This document shows positions 50,101-61,888 of a stretch of DNA of 64,000 bases, in pieces. The notes beneath the pieces were generated by a model that searched no databases, was not told where the DNA came from, and was given only the letters and a program-made list of their open reading frames with translations. Each line of letters opens with the position of its first letter. Within the stretch, counting starts at the first letter, position 1. The position numbers and the translations under genes were made by a program. Origin of the DNA: Macrostomum hystrix (taxonomy: Eukaryota; Animalia; Platyhelminthes); contig CATNEN010000039.1 in the NCBI GenBank assembly GCA_950097015.1, positions 8,432,001 to 8,496,000 on the forward strand, in the 5' to 3' direction.

Positions 50101-51385
50101 CTAGCATCTATCTCACCCCACTCTAGCATCTATCTTACCCCACTCTAGCATATATCTCACCCCACACTAGCATCTATCTCACCCCACTCTAGCATCTATC
50201 TCACCCCACACTAGCTTAGATCTCATCTCTCATCTCATAGTTTTTAGTGCACTTCATAAACTATCTGACCAACTCGGATGGCAACACTCAAACCAACCTG
50301 ATACGGAGCCACAATGGATTTGAGCACATCGACATCCCGCTTGGCCTTGACTAGAGCCTCCTCCAAATCCTCGTTGTTGGCCTCGACCTCCTCGTGTCCA
50401 GTCGTCATCGAAGAAGAAGCCGCCGCCGCGGCCTTCTTTGCCGCCTTGTTGTTTGACAATGATTTTGATAGCGACTTGGACAGCGAGTGTAGGAAACTAT
50501 CGTCATCCTCGGAGCTGACAGCCGCTGCCGATGCGAAGGCTGAACTCGCCGCCGCCGCTGCCGCCTGCAGTTCATCGATCTGGCGCTGCATCTCCTGCCT
50601 CTCCTGCTGCCACAGCTGCGACTCATGCGACATCCTTGCTTGCGCGTCGCTGACGGCTTCGCGGACTGACTCACGGATGATGTGATGCAGGGATTCTACC
50701 TCCTGCCTGAAATGTGAGATGCAGGGATTTTCCCTCCTGCCTGCAATGTGAGATGCAGGGATTCTACCTCCTGCCTGCAATGTGAGATGCAGGGATTCTA
50801 CCTCCTGCCTGCAATGTGAGATGCAGGGATTTTACCTCCTGCCTGCAATGTGAGATGCAGGGATTTTACCTCCTGCCTGCAATGTGAGATGCAGGGATTC
50901 TACCTCCTGCCTGCAATGTAAGATGCAGGGATTCTACCTCCTGCCTGCAATGTGGGATGCAGGGATTCTACCTCCTGCCTGCAATGTGAGATGCAGGGAT
51001 GCTACCTCCTGCCTGCAATGTGAGATGCAGGGATTCTACCTCCTGCCTGAAATGTAGCAATGTATGATGCAGGGATTCTACCTCCTGCTTGCAATGTGTG
51101 ATGTAGGGATTCTACTGGCAATTCGAGCCCTTTGTCCATGTGTTTCGCCCTGCCTCACTTATAGTTTTGCTGCACAAACTCCAGCTCTTCCTCTTTGAGT
51201 CCAGCAGCGGTTTTTAAATCCGCCAGTTCGTCCTCCAACTGTCGAATGCGCGCCTCCTTCTGCAGATAGAGCTCCTTCATTGCCGCCCGCTGCTCACTGA
51301 ACTCGGCCTCTTGGCGGGCCAGCAGCTGCTTCAGAGCCGCCGCCGACTCATCGCCTGCGGTTTCCAAGTCTTCAGCAGCAGACAT
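44112..51385 (-). CDS. Rabaptin-5/RABEP-like Rab effector (coiled coil plus C-terminal FYVE-like zinc finger), 8 exons
   Basis: Exons 51385-51159, 50706-50298, 49637-49398 (GC donor), 48933-48541, 46240-45834, 45396-45165, 45093-44872 and 44459-44112; phases are consistent. Rabaptin motifs EF..QRA.MKELYLQKE, LKSIV.P, LVSEQEW..LQ, C.LC.NYE.QLQ, VQKDFV.LSQSLQVQLE, then CHAC…CLHC..LYCHAC…VCSVC. Confidence 0.9.
44548..44862. repeat. Intronic minisatellite, 20-bp unit CAGGTGAGCTGAATGTCTAA
   Basis: About 16 copies. Confidence 0.95.
45472..45805. repeat. Intronic minisatellite, 24/25-bp unit AACAGGTGACGGGTATTAAGCTTCG
   Basis: Tandem array, degenerate at the edges. Confidence 0.9.
46295..47165. repeat. 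Intronic minisatellite, 21/23-bp unit GGATCTGATGGGATTCTAGTT
   Basis: About 40 copies. Confidence 0.97.
47856..48400. repeat. Intronic minisatellite, 26-bp unit TTAGCCTCCCAAATCCCA(A/T)TCCT(TG/CA)A
   Basis: Two variant blocks. Confidence 0.95.
49025..49093. repeat. Short tandem repeat, 23-bp unit AACTGATTGACAGATGGGATGTC
   Basis: 3 copies. Confidence 0.85.
49732..50216. repeat. Intronic minisatellite, 22-bp unit CTAGCATCTATCTCACCCCACA
   Basis: About 22 copies. Confidence 0.96.
50686..51115. repeat. 34-bp tandem repeat spanning the Rabaptin exon 2 splice acceptor
   Basis: The minus-strand unit is TCACATTGCAG|GCAGGAGGTAGAATCCCTGCATC; about 12 copies, the last overlapping the coding exon. Confidence 0.95.
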
Positions 51386-51531
51386 GCTTTCTTATCAGAA
51401 GTGTTGGCCAAAGTGTTCTCTTAACTCTGCAGCATTTATAAGTTTACTGCAAAAAAATCCACTAAACATTTTACTTTCTATTGTGCTAAGCTTTTGTATC
51501 TCAAACACTAGTGACAAATTGTAAGCCAAAG

Positions 51532-51925
51532 CTGGCAGAAGAGAAAATTTAGTTTATATATGAAAGAAATTATATGTATATGTATACTATATAAACATAT
51601 ACAACAATCGTGATTCAAAGTCCAGCAAGGGCTGCTGTGATTTGACACTTAGAATATACACAAGATGAAGATCGGTTATGCAGAGCGTCACAGAAGTAAA
51701 ACAATTCCTAATGCTTAATGTATAACTCACGTAAAACAATAAACAGGAAAATTTCATTCTAATTTTCGTGTGAAAGTGGCCTTTAAACATGAAAACTCAA
51801 GTGTCGTGTCCTGTATATACAATACTTCAGTCAAACTTGACGTGTATATGAGATGTGGTTCAATAAGGTTACTCAGAAATATGCAAAACTAAAAAGAGTT
51901 AATTGAGGATCGAATATTTTTCGAT
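51532..51925 (+). repeat. Dispersed repeat also present at about 58541-58715 plus 59532-59617
   Basis: Shared blocks ctggca.aagagaaaatttagtttat, cattctaattttcg.gtga.agtgg, caagtgtcgtgtcctgtatat, gtatatgagatgtggttcaa.aaggttactcagaaatatgc.aaactaaaaagagttaatt. Confidence 0.8.
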
Positions 51926-54900
51926 CTCACATCTCACATCTTCTAGTGGGTCATAGACACTCTGGGTCATAGACCCATTAGAAGACATGTCATATCATAG
52001 ACCCACTAAAAGACAGTGGGTGAAGTTTCAAGTCAATTAAAAAACTGTATTTTATAGGATTAAAGTTTAAGAAGCACTATTTCTTTAATTATATGTATCT
52101 GATTGTAGCTTACTTGTAACTAAAAACACATTATTTTATTTAAATTAATTGGTAAAAGTTTGCTTATAATAATTTTTATGAAAAAGAAATTAAAACTAGG
52201 GGGTGAGTAGATCAGCAGCTTATGTCGCAGCCTCACTTTCCAGTGGTTGCTGGTTTGTTCCTCCCTCCAAGTGATGATTATTTCACTACTTAGTTGGAGA
52301 TTTGCAAAGTAGTGACTTGCGGAGATGCACCTTATTCTAGCTTAACCCCTGCTTTCTGCATGCCTGCTTGTTTGTGTTTCTGTGTTGGGCTGGTTGTGAG
52401 GCGTTATATGGGGGTAGGGCAGTATGCACCAGCCATGCGTGCTCTGAGTGGCAAGGTTTCACCAGCCATCTGCGCACATGGCCCACACTCCGTAAGGTGT
52501 ACATTATGCTGGATTAATCCGGCATATATTTGGCTGGGCTAACCCTTTCTTGGCGTACAGTTGGCATACAAAAATTTTTTTATGCATCTGGCATACAACT
52601 GGCGTAACTTGTGCGCTGGACCAGACCAACCGACTATACGCCGGACCAATTGTACAACAGGCCAATCGTACGCCAGGCACATAAAGTAAAAAAAACTAAA
52701 ATGTATAATAGCAATGAAATGAACTTAAAAATTAAGATCTAATCCAACCAAGTAATTGGCTTGCAAAAGCCACAAACAAAACACAAAAATAAAAATGTCC
52801 TGTTACACAACACATTAAACACAACTTACAATGAGGATAGTATTTAAATGTAAAAAAATTTCAGAGTGGTCCAAATTAACAAATTGTTTAGTGTATTGTC
52901 AGCAATAAAAATATTTTGACACTTTATTTAGATTGAAAGTATCATATTGCTAAAAGAATGGCTGTGAAAGACATAATATTGTGTACTTTTAAAAAAATGT
53001 CTTGATTTGAATTTTTTGTTTTTGTTTTTCGTTCTAATCTTTTAAGTGTTTGCTTGCTTGCTGCGTTTGTACTTGTATATAAAGTCCCTTTGCGCAAGAA
53101 AATCAGTTGCAAATTTTGGCGTCAATTAGGTGAGAAAAATTTAATATCGGCATACAAACACAAGCATGCCAATTTTCAATCTAGTGTATACCCAGCATAA
53201 TCCGGACTATGGCACATGGCTTGGTCTTCTCATCCCTAGGCCTACCCTTTAGGCATCTAAGTCCTCCCCTGGTTTGGTCAGCTCTATGCATGTGTGGGCC
53301 TGGGGTGAGAAGCACTCCAGCTGCTGCCCCCCTTTCCCGCTTGGCTTGTTGCTGTGCCTGAGGTGCTTGTGTCCAGGGGTCCAGATGGCACAATGGAGGA
53401 CTTCTGCCTTGTTTGCTGGCCTGGGGGCATAACATTCCTACACTTGTGGGCCAAGTGCCCTATGCCCCTTACAATTAAGTAACTAAATTAAAAATATTAA
53501 TGATTTACCTACTTTGTGAATAATTATTATCTATAAATATATATTAACAAATACATGAACTTCATTGCAACAATGTAGTTGTTGCTGTCCATTTGTCATC
53601 CTTGTCATGTTGTCTAATTCAGATATATTTGTACAGACCCACAAAAGTCCTTAGGCAGTTAGGCCCACCCTGTAAAAAATAGTTTTAATCTTCAATAGTT
53701 CCCCTTGTCTCTATTGAAGTTTAATCCTATTTATAATTCACACTGAATTTACCTGACTCGCTGACTGAAAACCCTTCAATCACCATGTCCTGCTTAGTGT
53801 GGTATTCCAATATTATATTGGGGTCCCTGCAAAAGCCTTTATGCTAAGGCCACCCAATAATAAGTATGAGTAATCTTCAATAGGTTCCCTTGAAGTCTTT
53901 TTAACTCTTTTGAAGTTTAACCCTATTTGCTAACCATTCTCCCAAAAAACACACAACAATATTTTTTCTAACATTCCTAATTCCCTATGTGCCACAGTGT
54001 GGTCATCCTGTGATAAGGAAGCCACTCCATAAAAATTGGTTGTAGATGGAACAAAATTGTTTTCTTTTTTAACTCAGCACTCACAGAAACATTTATAGAC
54101 ACAGATTCATACCCCTAATAAATCTGGAACTATTTTATAGGATAAAAGTTAAAGAAACCCCAAAAAAGATAGTATTCGTTAGAAATACATTAATAAAGCA
54201 TATTTTCCATTAGAACATCACGTACTGATCAATCATATAGTCGAGTCTTTAGAGACTTAAGTAGCGTGTTGCAAACCGTGACTAGGCCCTAGTTACTGCG
54301 CAATCGTCTTAAGACAATGCTCTCCAACAACTTGAACAGTGATTTTAGTGATTTCCTTTTGAGTTCCTGTAATATTCATTTTATCGTAAAATATACTAAA
54401 CAAGCGAAGAATACTACAGGTATAACAGTTTTTTTGCTTTTGGTAGTGTTGTAGTTCTAACCGCTAGCTTTTTTAAGATTTACGTTCAATTTGTTTAACT
54501 GGTTTACAACGAAAAATCAAAGACGCTTAGAATTGTTTGCGTGTGAGTTCAGCGTGTGACGAAAACAATGGCGAACGTGTAGCGGTAGCAATTATTTGGT
54601 AGCTTCTTAGTTGTAGCTTGCACGGTTATACTTGTTCTTCAGTTGACGTATTTACTTATTTCTTTCGCAGCATACAAATGCACTTTATGAGCTCGACCAC
54701 TCAAGCATGCACTTTGGGGATTACAAGACAGTGCGAGACAGACGGTTACAATAAAGTCTGTAACTTAACCTACTCTACAAATTATAAGTCAATGAGACTT
54801 TAGATTTAAATTCAGATTGCGTCCAGTTGAAACTAAATTGAAACTTGCTGTTGCTCTGTCGCGCTGCCTCTGCAGCGTTCCGATTTAAACACGCATAGTC

Positions 54901-56108
54901 GCAGAACAAACGAACGAGCAGGGAAAGAGAGAGCAAACCAGGGGACGCGCGAGAGAAAGGGGCAAGCAGCTCTGAACTAAAAATCACGTTTCCTTGAATA
55001 CATTTTAAAGGCTATGAATTTCTACGAAACCGCAATATAGCAAACCATTGGCATTGAAGCGATTAAACAGTTCAACAAGTATCAACGACTATTGCTAACC
55101 TATGGAAAGAACCTAGCGAATTAATAGCTACGCAAACTTGTTGCAACAACAAAATATGACTTCACGACGTCACAAGCGCCTATTTTGTTGCAATATAAAA
55201 CAACTTAACATAAATTGCAATACGAATTATGAACGCAAAAATCCCACACAAGCTATACATTTTCTTTTTTGAAACTTTGTTTTTTTGTGCCCTAGAATTT
55301 GTAACTATAAAATAGTGCTGCAGTTCTTTTTAACTCTTGTTAACACTTATTTAGCAACTTATTCGTAAGACAACAGATTCTTTGTTTTTTAGGCTTAAAA
55401 TATTTGCGTCACATAAAATGCTTGGTGAGCCTTTGCCGCAGTCATTCTGATAGTGATCTTGTGCACCAACAATCAATCACAATGACTAAGTGTCATTTCA
55501 TCCGGGTATAATTGCAAACGATTTTTTAAAATGAATGTTGACATCAATCGGTGATAAAACTGCATTTTACAATTATTGTAACTTACACCAAAATTTCGCA
55601 GATTTGCAAACGTGTACTCAAAAGGCAGTTCTTAGCGATTGCATGGATTTTTTATTTGAATTCCAGGCACTGATGTTTATAAAATTCATATGACTTATTA
55701 GTAGATTAATTTGATGATAGAAAACTGGCTGAAATTTTAAAAGCTGAACGACTTTTTTTAACATTATAGACCATTAAAAACATTTATCATTACAATTAAG
55801 TTTTAAGTGCAGTACACACAGAAACTTCTGCATCGAGTCTATTTTTAGCTATAGAAGAAGAGTGTGTTAAACATTCGCATGAACAAAAGCCTAAACTTTA
55901 GCTATTTTTAAGGAAAAAACAAAGCAAAAAATAGTTTTAACTGTACTTTACTGGATGACGAAATAATACTGTTTATATAATTACGCGCTATAAAGTTTTC
56001 GATAATAAAATCCTGTACACTTTCATTGAATTATTTTTTTAATTGGGTCGTGCCGCTCTGCGTGATTCGGCCTGTTTTTTACGATATTTTGTCCGAAAGC
56101 TGAGAAAA

Positions 56109-59100
56109 TCAATCGCAAACCTTTCTCTGCCGGTCTGTGACGCAGGTCTGACATTTGACTTCGCAGCACCAAACAAAGCGGCAGTTGCATTTTTTGTCAA
56201 TGTGCTTGTAGTGCTCCACAGTGAACGTGCCGGTGCAGCAAATACTGCTACAGTTGCCGCGGCCAATGTTGCAAACACGGCTGTGAACACCGGGCAGGCT
56301 CCACTGGCGACTCGGCTCGCAAAAGAAGTCGCTGTCGACTGACTCATAGTAAACAAGATCCTGACGACGGGGAAGTGCCCCCGGCTGATGTGGCGAACGG
56401 CCGACCTTCACAAGGTTCAGCCGACGTCGACTGCGCCGACCAAGTCGGCGTCTATTCTGTTGCCGCTGCTGCTGCTGCTGGCTTCGATGCTTCGATGAGT
56501 CATCTCTCCGCAGGAGGTTTTGATCCAGGTAGATGTTCACTGGACTAGCTGTTAATTTTTATGCGACAGATAAAACGCTTGGTTTGAAAGTTTATTAATA
56601 ACTAAACCTTATTAATAAAGTTAAATAAAACTTTAATAAAACTTTAAATAAAGTTTATTAATAAATGTACAAGCAATTGCAAGTTCATGTAGGAATATAA
56701 TGATTTTCAACCCATTTTAAGAAATGATTCCCGCTTTTGAAAAATTTGTTGCATTTGATCGGAGCTATGCCAGGATTCCATCAACGGCCACGCCTCCAGT
56801 GACTTTTCGAAGATACTTTACTTGTTATTTAAACTCGTCAAGTGTAGGTACTTTATCTGATTGTCGATAATGAAATTGTCTAGCCGCTTACCCTGCTCAA
56901 CTTTGACAGCATTTTTGTAGCGCGTCTTGAGGAACTCTCCGATCACCTGGAAGCTGGCCACCTCGCGCCAGCAGATGCGGTGGGAGCAGCTGCCACTGGT
57001 GCCGTGGCAGACGCACTTTGTCTCCATCGTCTGAGCAACCGCCTGTAATTAAAAGCGGCTGTTTTCAGGGGGTCAGTGGCAGAGCGGTTAACGCGTTTGC
57101 CTCTCGCAACAAGGTCCCTGAGCTCGATTCCGCGGCGAGGCCCCATTTATTTGGGGTGCAGCCTCTGATAGATGGCTTGGGGGTTGTCATGCATTTTACG
57201 CCCTTCAGGGCCAACCTCCAAGGCACATTGAGAGTGTACACTGGCTGACGATGAAAAAGTCAGGGCAGATTTACACACCTGCATCTGTGTGAGCGTGTAC
57301 CTGCGTACGGTATCGGTGCCTCCTCGCTGGCTGTGGATCGAGTGTCACCAATAATGTGCCATTGCTCGCAGCCCTCCTGCAGTGATTATTTTTTATTTCA
57401 GTCGCTGTTTTCAGTACCTGCAGACCAGTAAAGAACATTTCTGACGTCACAACGTCCTTGGAGGTACTAAATGCACTAATTTAATCATCGACTTCATTTG
57501 GCTTGCAAGAACAGCTTATAAATTCATGAGTCTATTGGTAAAAGACCTAGGAACGAGATAGATCGCATCGCCATCTCTCTGAGGAGGCCCCACATTTCAT
57601 GTCGAATGCAGGGCTTGTGTACAGTTGAGACGCTAAGAGACCTCTCCCCAAGCTACAACTCACCCTCCGCCCGGCGTTAAAGTTGTGCAGCATAGCCAGG
57701 TAGCGCACATCCCTGCCGCTCTCAGGCCGGTCCAACAGTTTGCGACTGATGGAGCCGGCGAAGGCCGAGTTGTGATCGCAGCCGGCGTACCTGGCCGCGG
57801 CTGGCAGCGACAGCGACGCTGCTGGAGTCTCACCGGCGTCGCGACTCACCCGACAGGGGCAGCAGCGCAACGACCGGCGGCACTCGGAGGCGATTGAAGC
57901 CGTGACGCCGGCGGATACCACGGCTAGGGCGAAGGCCGTCTCCGGGATGCCTGAGTGTTTCAGTTGAGGAGTGGTCTCAATTTTCGCATGCGATCTACAC
58001 AGGTGCTCTGCTAAAACTACAGAACCAATCTTGAATATGTACTTTTACTATTTCTGCTAAGTGAGTCTAGTAGCCAGTGATTCGGAACTTCAGACGTCTA
58101 GTCGAGAGGTCAGGAGTTCAATTCTCAGCCCTTTTTGTCAGCAAATTATATTGGATCATATTATCTATCTCTCTCTTTTGGTTTGTTGGTTATTAGAGTT
58201 CAATCAGTGTTCGATTGGATGAAAGAATAGTGAAAACTCGATTCTTTAGCATTGATTGAATTCGATTAACAGTAGACAGACAACGGGGTATTTCAAATGC
58301 CCACATTTTTTTCTGTATCCCCTAAAATATTCAACCCACCGTCATGAATCATATTATGCAACTAGCTCGTATGTCGGCTATTACTGTTGATTTAATCGCT
58401 TCATGTCCGCTATATAATGTCCGCTTCTGACAGCACATGTGTCTTTTCGGGAGCACGAGAGGACTTTGACACTGAAACTTTTCCCGCCAAGCATTGCTCG
58501 CAAGAGTTTTTTCGTGCTGAGCGATATGGAGCATGTTTTACTGGCAAAAGAGAAAATTTAGTTTATGAAATAGTTTATATGAAAGAAATAATATGTATAT
58601 GTATATTATATATAATACAGGATAATTGCATTCTAATTTTCGGGTGATAGTGGTCTTAAAAACATTAAAACACAAGTGTCGTGTCCTGTATATGCGAAAC
58701 TTCAGTCGTACTTAGCAGTAGGACTACCAAGCCATTTTGCCGCCCGTTTTTATACCAAGGGGGGGAAATTCCCCCCAGACAGTTTTTTTGCTGCACCCGA
58801 ACGGAACAATGCAAGCACACGAAACTCAAGAACACGGGCCAACTTTTTGTTGCGCATCTCCTGAAACAACAAACAAGTCGCAGCTCTTCAGACCGTCGAG
58901 ATATTCAATGTTTCTGGCCGATGGTCCGATATTTCCCGTAAGCGCTAGTGTATTTCATACACCCCTATACACGAATTAGCACTGCGCCTCAGTGCGGCCT
59001 TGCCAGGCCTTCAAACTTTATCAGAATGCCCCCGAATGTGCTTGCATCATCTCCGACTTCGGCGGTCACCGACCTTTATCTAGACGGAGCTGCTGGACCT

Positions 59101-61888
59101 TCAAAAAGTGGCACCAGCCGACTATGGAGTCCCTAAAGCGAATTTCTCTATACTTTCGCTGATCAAGCCTCGACATTGGGCAACACTCAACTACTTTACA
59201 TGCTAGAGAAATTCGCTTTAGATAATGCAAGCACATTCGGGTGACATGCAGATAAAGTTTGAAGGTCTGGAAAGGCCGCACTGAGGCGCAGTGCTAATTC
59301 GTGTATAGGGGTGTATGAAATACACTAGCGCTTATGGGAAATATCGGACCATCGGCCAGAAACATTGAATATCTCGACGGTCTGAAGAGCTGCGACTTGT
59401 TTCTTGTTTCAGAAGATGCGCAACAAAAAGTTGGCCCGTGTTCTTGAGTTTCGTGTGCTTGCATTGTTCAGCTCGGGTGCAGCAAAAAAAATTGTCAGGT
59501 GGGAAAAAATCCCCCCTTGGTAGTTCTACTGTTAATGCGTATATGAGATGTGGTTCAAGAAGGTTACTCAGAAATATGCGAAACTAAAAAGAGTTAATTA
59601 CGGATCGAATATTTTTGCCCTCTATACCATCTGCTCAAAATCTGCAAGTAACCTAATTAATTAGGCAGGACAGAATTGAATCAAAATTAGTTTAATAACT
59701 CAGCTTTCCCGCTTAGCAACTGTGTAGAGACTTGGTGGCGCCATTTGCTCCAGGCCACCACATCGCTAATAAAGGCTTGTTTGATTTAAAAAAAGCCTTC
59801 CAATTTTAATGGTGTATGCTAATTAGCATTTCAAATTTAGGTGGACACGTTAATCTTGATACAATCAATGTTTTTTTCAAACTTTCCTCGCTGTTCAATC
59901 ATGGCATTTAATTATGAAAAAAATCGTACCAAAAATCTGAAATCTATGCTACTGAAAACTAAAATAATTAGGTTTACACGCGGGCGACTTAAAAAGAAAA
60001 TAAATGTTCATTTAAGTTAATTATCCCTTAGTTTTAGGCCTCGAAATTCAAGAACTGAGATTTAAATCCTTTTAACAGGATCCCAATGCATATACCAGTA
60101 TCCCATAGCGTCTACCAGTATCCCAAAGCTTCTACCAGTATCCCAAAGCTTCTACCAGTATCCCAAAGCTTCTACCGAGATACCAAAAGCTTCTACCGGG
60201 ATTCCAAAGCTTCTACCGAGATACCAAAAGCTTCTACCGGGATCCCAAAGCTTCTACCGAGATACCAAAAGCTTCTACCGGGATCCCAAAGCTTCTACCG
60301 AGATACCAAAAGCTTCTACCGGGATTCCAAAGCTTCTACCGAGATCCCAAAGCTTCTACCGGGATCCCAAAGCTTCTACCGGGATTCCAAAGCTTCTACC
60401 GGGATCCCAAAGCTTCTACCGGGATCCCAAAGCTTCTACCGAGATACCAAAAGCTTCTACCGGGATTCCAAAGCTTTTACCGGGATTCCAAAGCTTCTAA
60501 AAGATTCCCACATTTCTAGCGGGATCGCAATGCTTCTAAAAGATTCCCACATTTCTAGCGGGATCGCAATGCTTCTCAACGCTTTTATTGGTATCTCAGC
60601 GCTTGTGACATGTCCCAAGCGCAGCGAACCCTTTCTCAGGAGCCTGCCGAAGATGTTGCCAGCTCCAGGAGTGTAGTTCTCAGGCAGCCGCGAGCAGTTC
60701 CATCTCTCCGTGCTCATCTGCCGCTCGCACTCGCGCAGGGCGATGCTGACGCCGCGCAGAGCGGCTCGGACGGCCTCCGGATCAAATCCGCATATCCTAA
60801 GGGAGAAGCTTGCCCACTGCTGCCGGGTGAAGTGGCCCCGCAACTCCCGAGTGTCCAAGTCTGACCACGCGTACGGAGACTCGTGTAGAGCCCTTCAAAG
60901 CATTTTAAAAAGAAGTTTCAGTTAAAGTTTAAATGTTTTGTTTACTTTAATAAGTACAAAATTGCAGGAGAGCTGTGAGCAATGGCACATCATTTGGTGG
61001 CACTAGATCTCCCCATTCCGCTGACTCCTGAGCACACACGCTCGCAGACACCGTACGCAGGCACACACAGCTCTTACAGACACAGGTATGTACATCTGCT
61101 CTGACTTTGTCAGGCAGTATACACTCTCATTGTGCCTTGGAGGTTGGCCCTCAAGGTCGTAAATTGCACGACAAGCCCCCAAAGCCTTCTCTCCGCGGCT
61201 GCGCCCCAAATGAATGTGGCCTCGCTGCGGAATCAAACTTAGGGACTTTGGTGCGAGAGGCAAACGCGTTAACCGCTCTGCACTGACTCCCACTTTTTGG
61301 ACACAATTAAAGCGTGGATCCTTGATCTGTTATTAGTTGCATCCTAAAGTACGAGTATCCCAAGCAGTTAAAAATTGCATGCAAAATTTAAAGTTTATGG
61401 CTATACTTTCTAGAGTTACTGCAAGAAAAAAACATTTTTTTCGACTTGAAAGCAATCTAAAGGTTATCTATAATATGCAACAGTATGAGGACCGTAAAAC
61501 AATGGACCTATACTCTTCAAAACAAAAACTAACATTAGTTTTCAAACCTCACATTCTTTACGAACTTCAATTGTAGGCAGTCAAATTTTCATTTTTTCTG
61601 GACACGGTCAAAATAGGAAACTTAATGAACGAAGCTAATGAAGCTAAATGTGTGGATGGGATAGTATGACGGTCCGCTGCCTAAAGTGTTATGACAGTAC
61701 GGCTAGCTCTTATTCTCATGGCTACTCAAAGCTACTCACCACCATCGCGTCCCTTGCAGATGTACATCAGCCGAAGTTTGTCCGCTGATGGTTTCCATGG
61801 AAACTAAGCTGCTTGAGACAACCATTGTGCATTGATGTTGCAGTAGAAAAAGTAAAAAATTCAGCCAGAATGTTACCTGACCAGCCAT
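56109..61888 (-). CDS. Wnt family ligand (subfamily unassigned), 5 exons
   Basis: Exons 61888-61740, 60892-60630, 57950-57664, 57042-56892 and 56548-56109; phases are consistent. Signal peptide, WW, EC..Q…RWNCS, ETAF, LHN.NAGR, KCVCHGTSGSC…CW (lipidated Ser), CNCRFVWCCEVKCQTC…C. Confidence 0.93.
57068..57395 (+). mobile_element. tRNA-derived SINE family A, near full length
   Basis: A-box-like TGGCAGAGCGG, B-box-like GCTCGATTCC, body shared with four other copies, tail cctcctgcagtgattatt. Confidence 0.8.
58716..59531. mobile_element. Fold-back (MITE-like) element with about 300-bp inverted arms
   Basis: Termini CAGTAGGACTACCAAG…CTTGGTAGTTCTACTG flanked by TTAG/TTAA; arms at about 58753-59052 and 59219-59522 are near-perfect reverse complements. 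Confidence 0.9.
60078..60576. repeat. Intronic minisatellite, 20/21-bp unit GGGATCCCAAAGCTTCTACC
   Basis: Tandem array in Wnt intron 2. Confidence 0.93.
60960..61292 (-). mobile_element. tRNA-derived SINE family A copy
   Basis: The reverse complement begins gggagtcagtgcagagcggttaacgcgtttgcctctcgcacc…gtttgattccgcagcgaggcc, matching the 57068 copy. Confidence 0.8.

Noticed and set aside
54800-55200. CpG-richer segment with a GACGTCA motif as a possible Rabaptin promoter
   Set aside because: Plausible, but there is no direct evidence for a start site.
58065-58130. tRNA-like A/B boxes (also at 13735, 24549 and 28583)
   Set aside because: No intact cloverleaf; better explained as decayed SINE heads than as tRNA genes.
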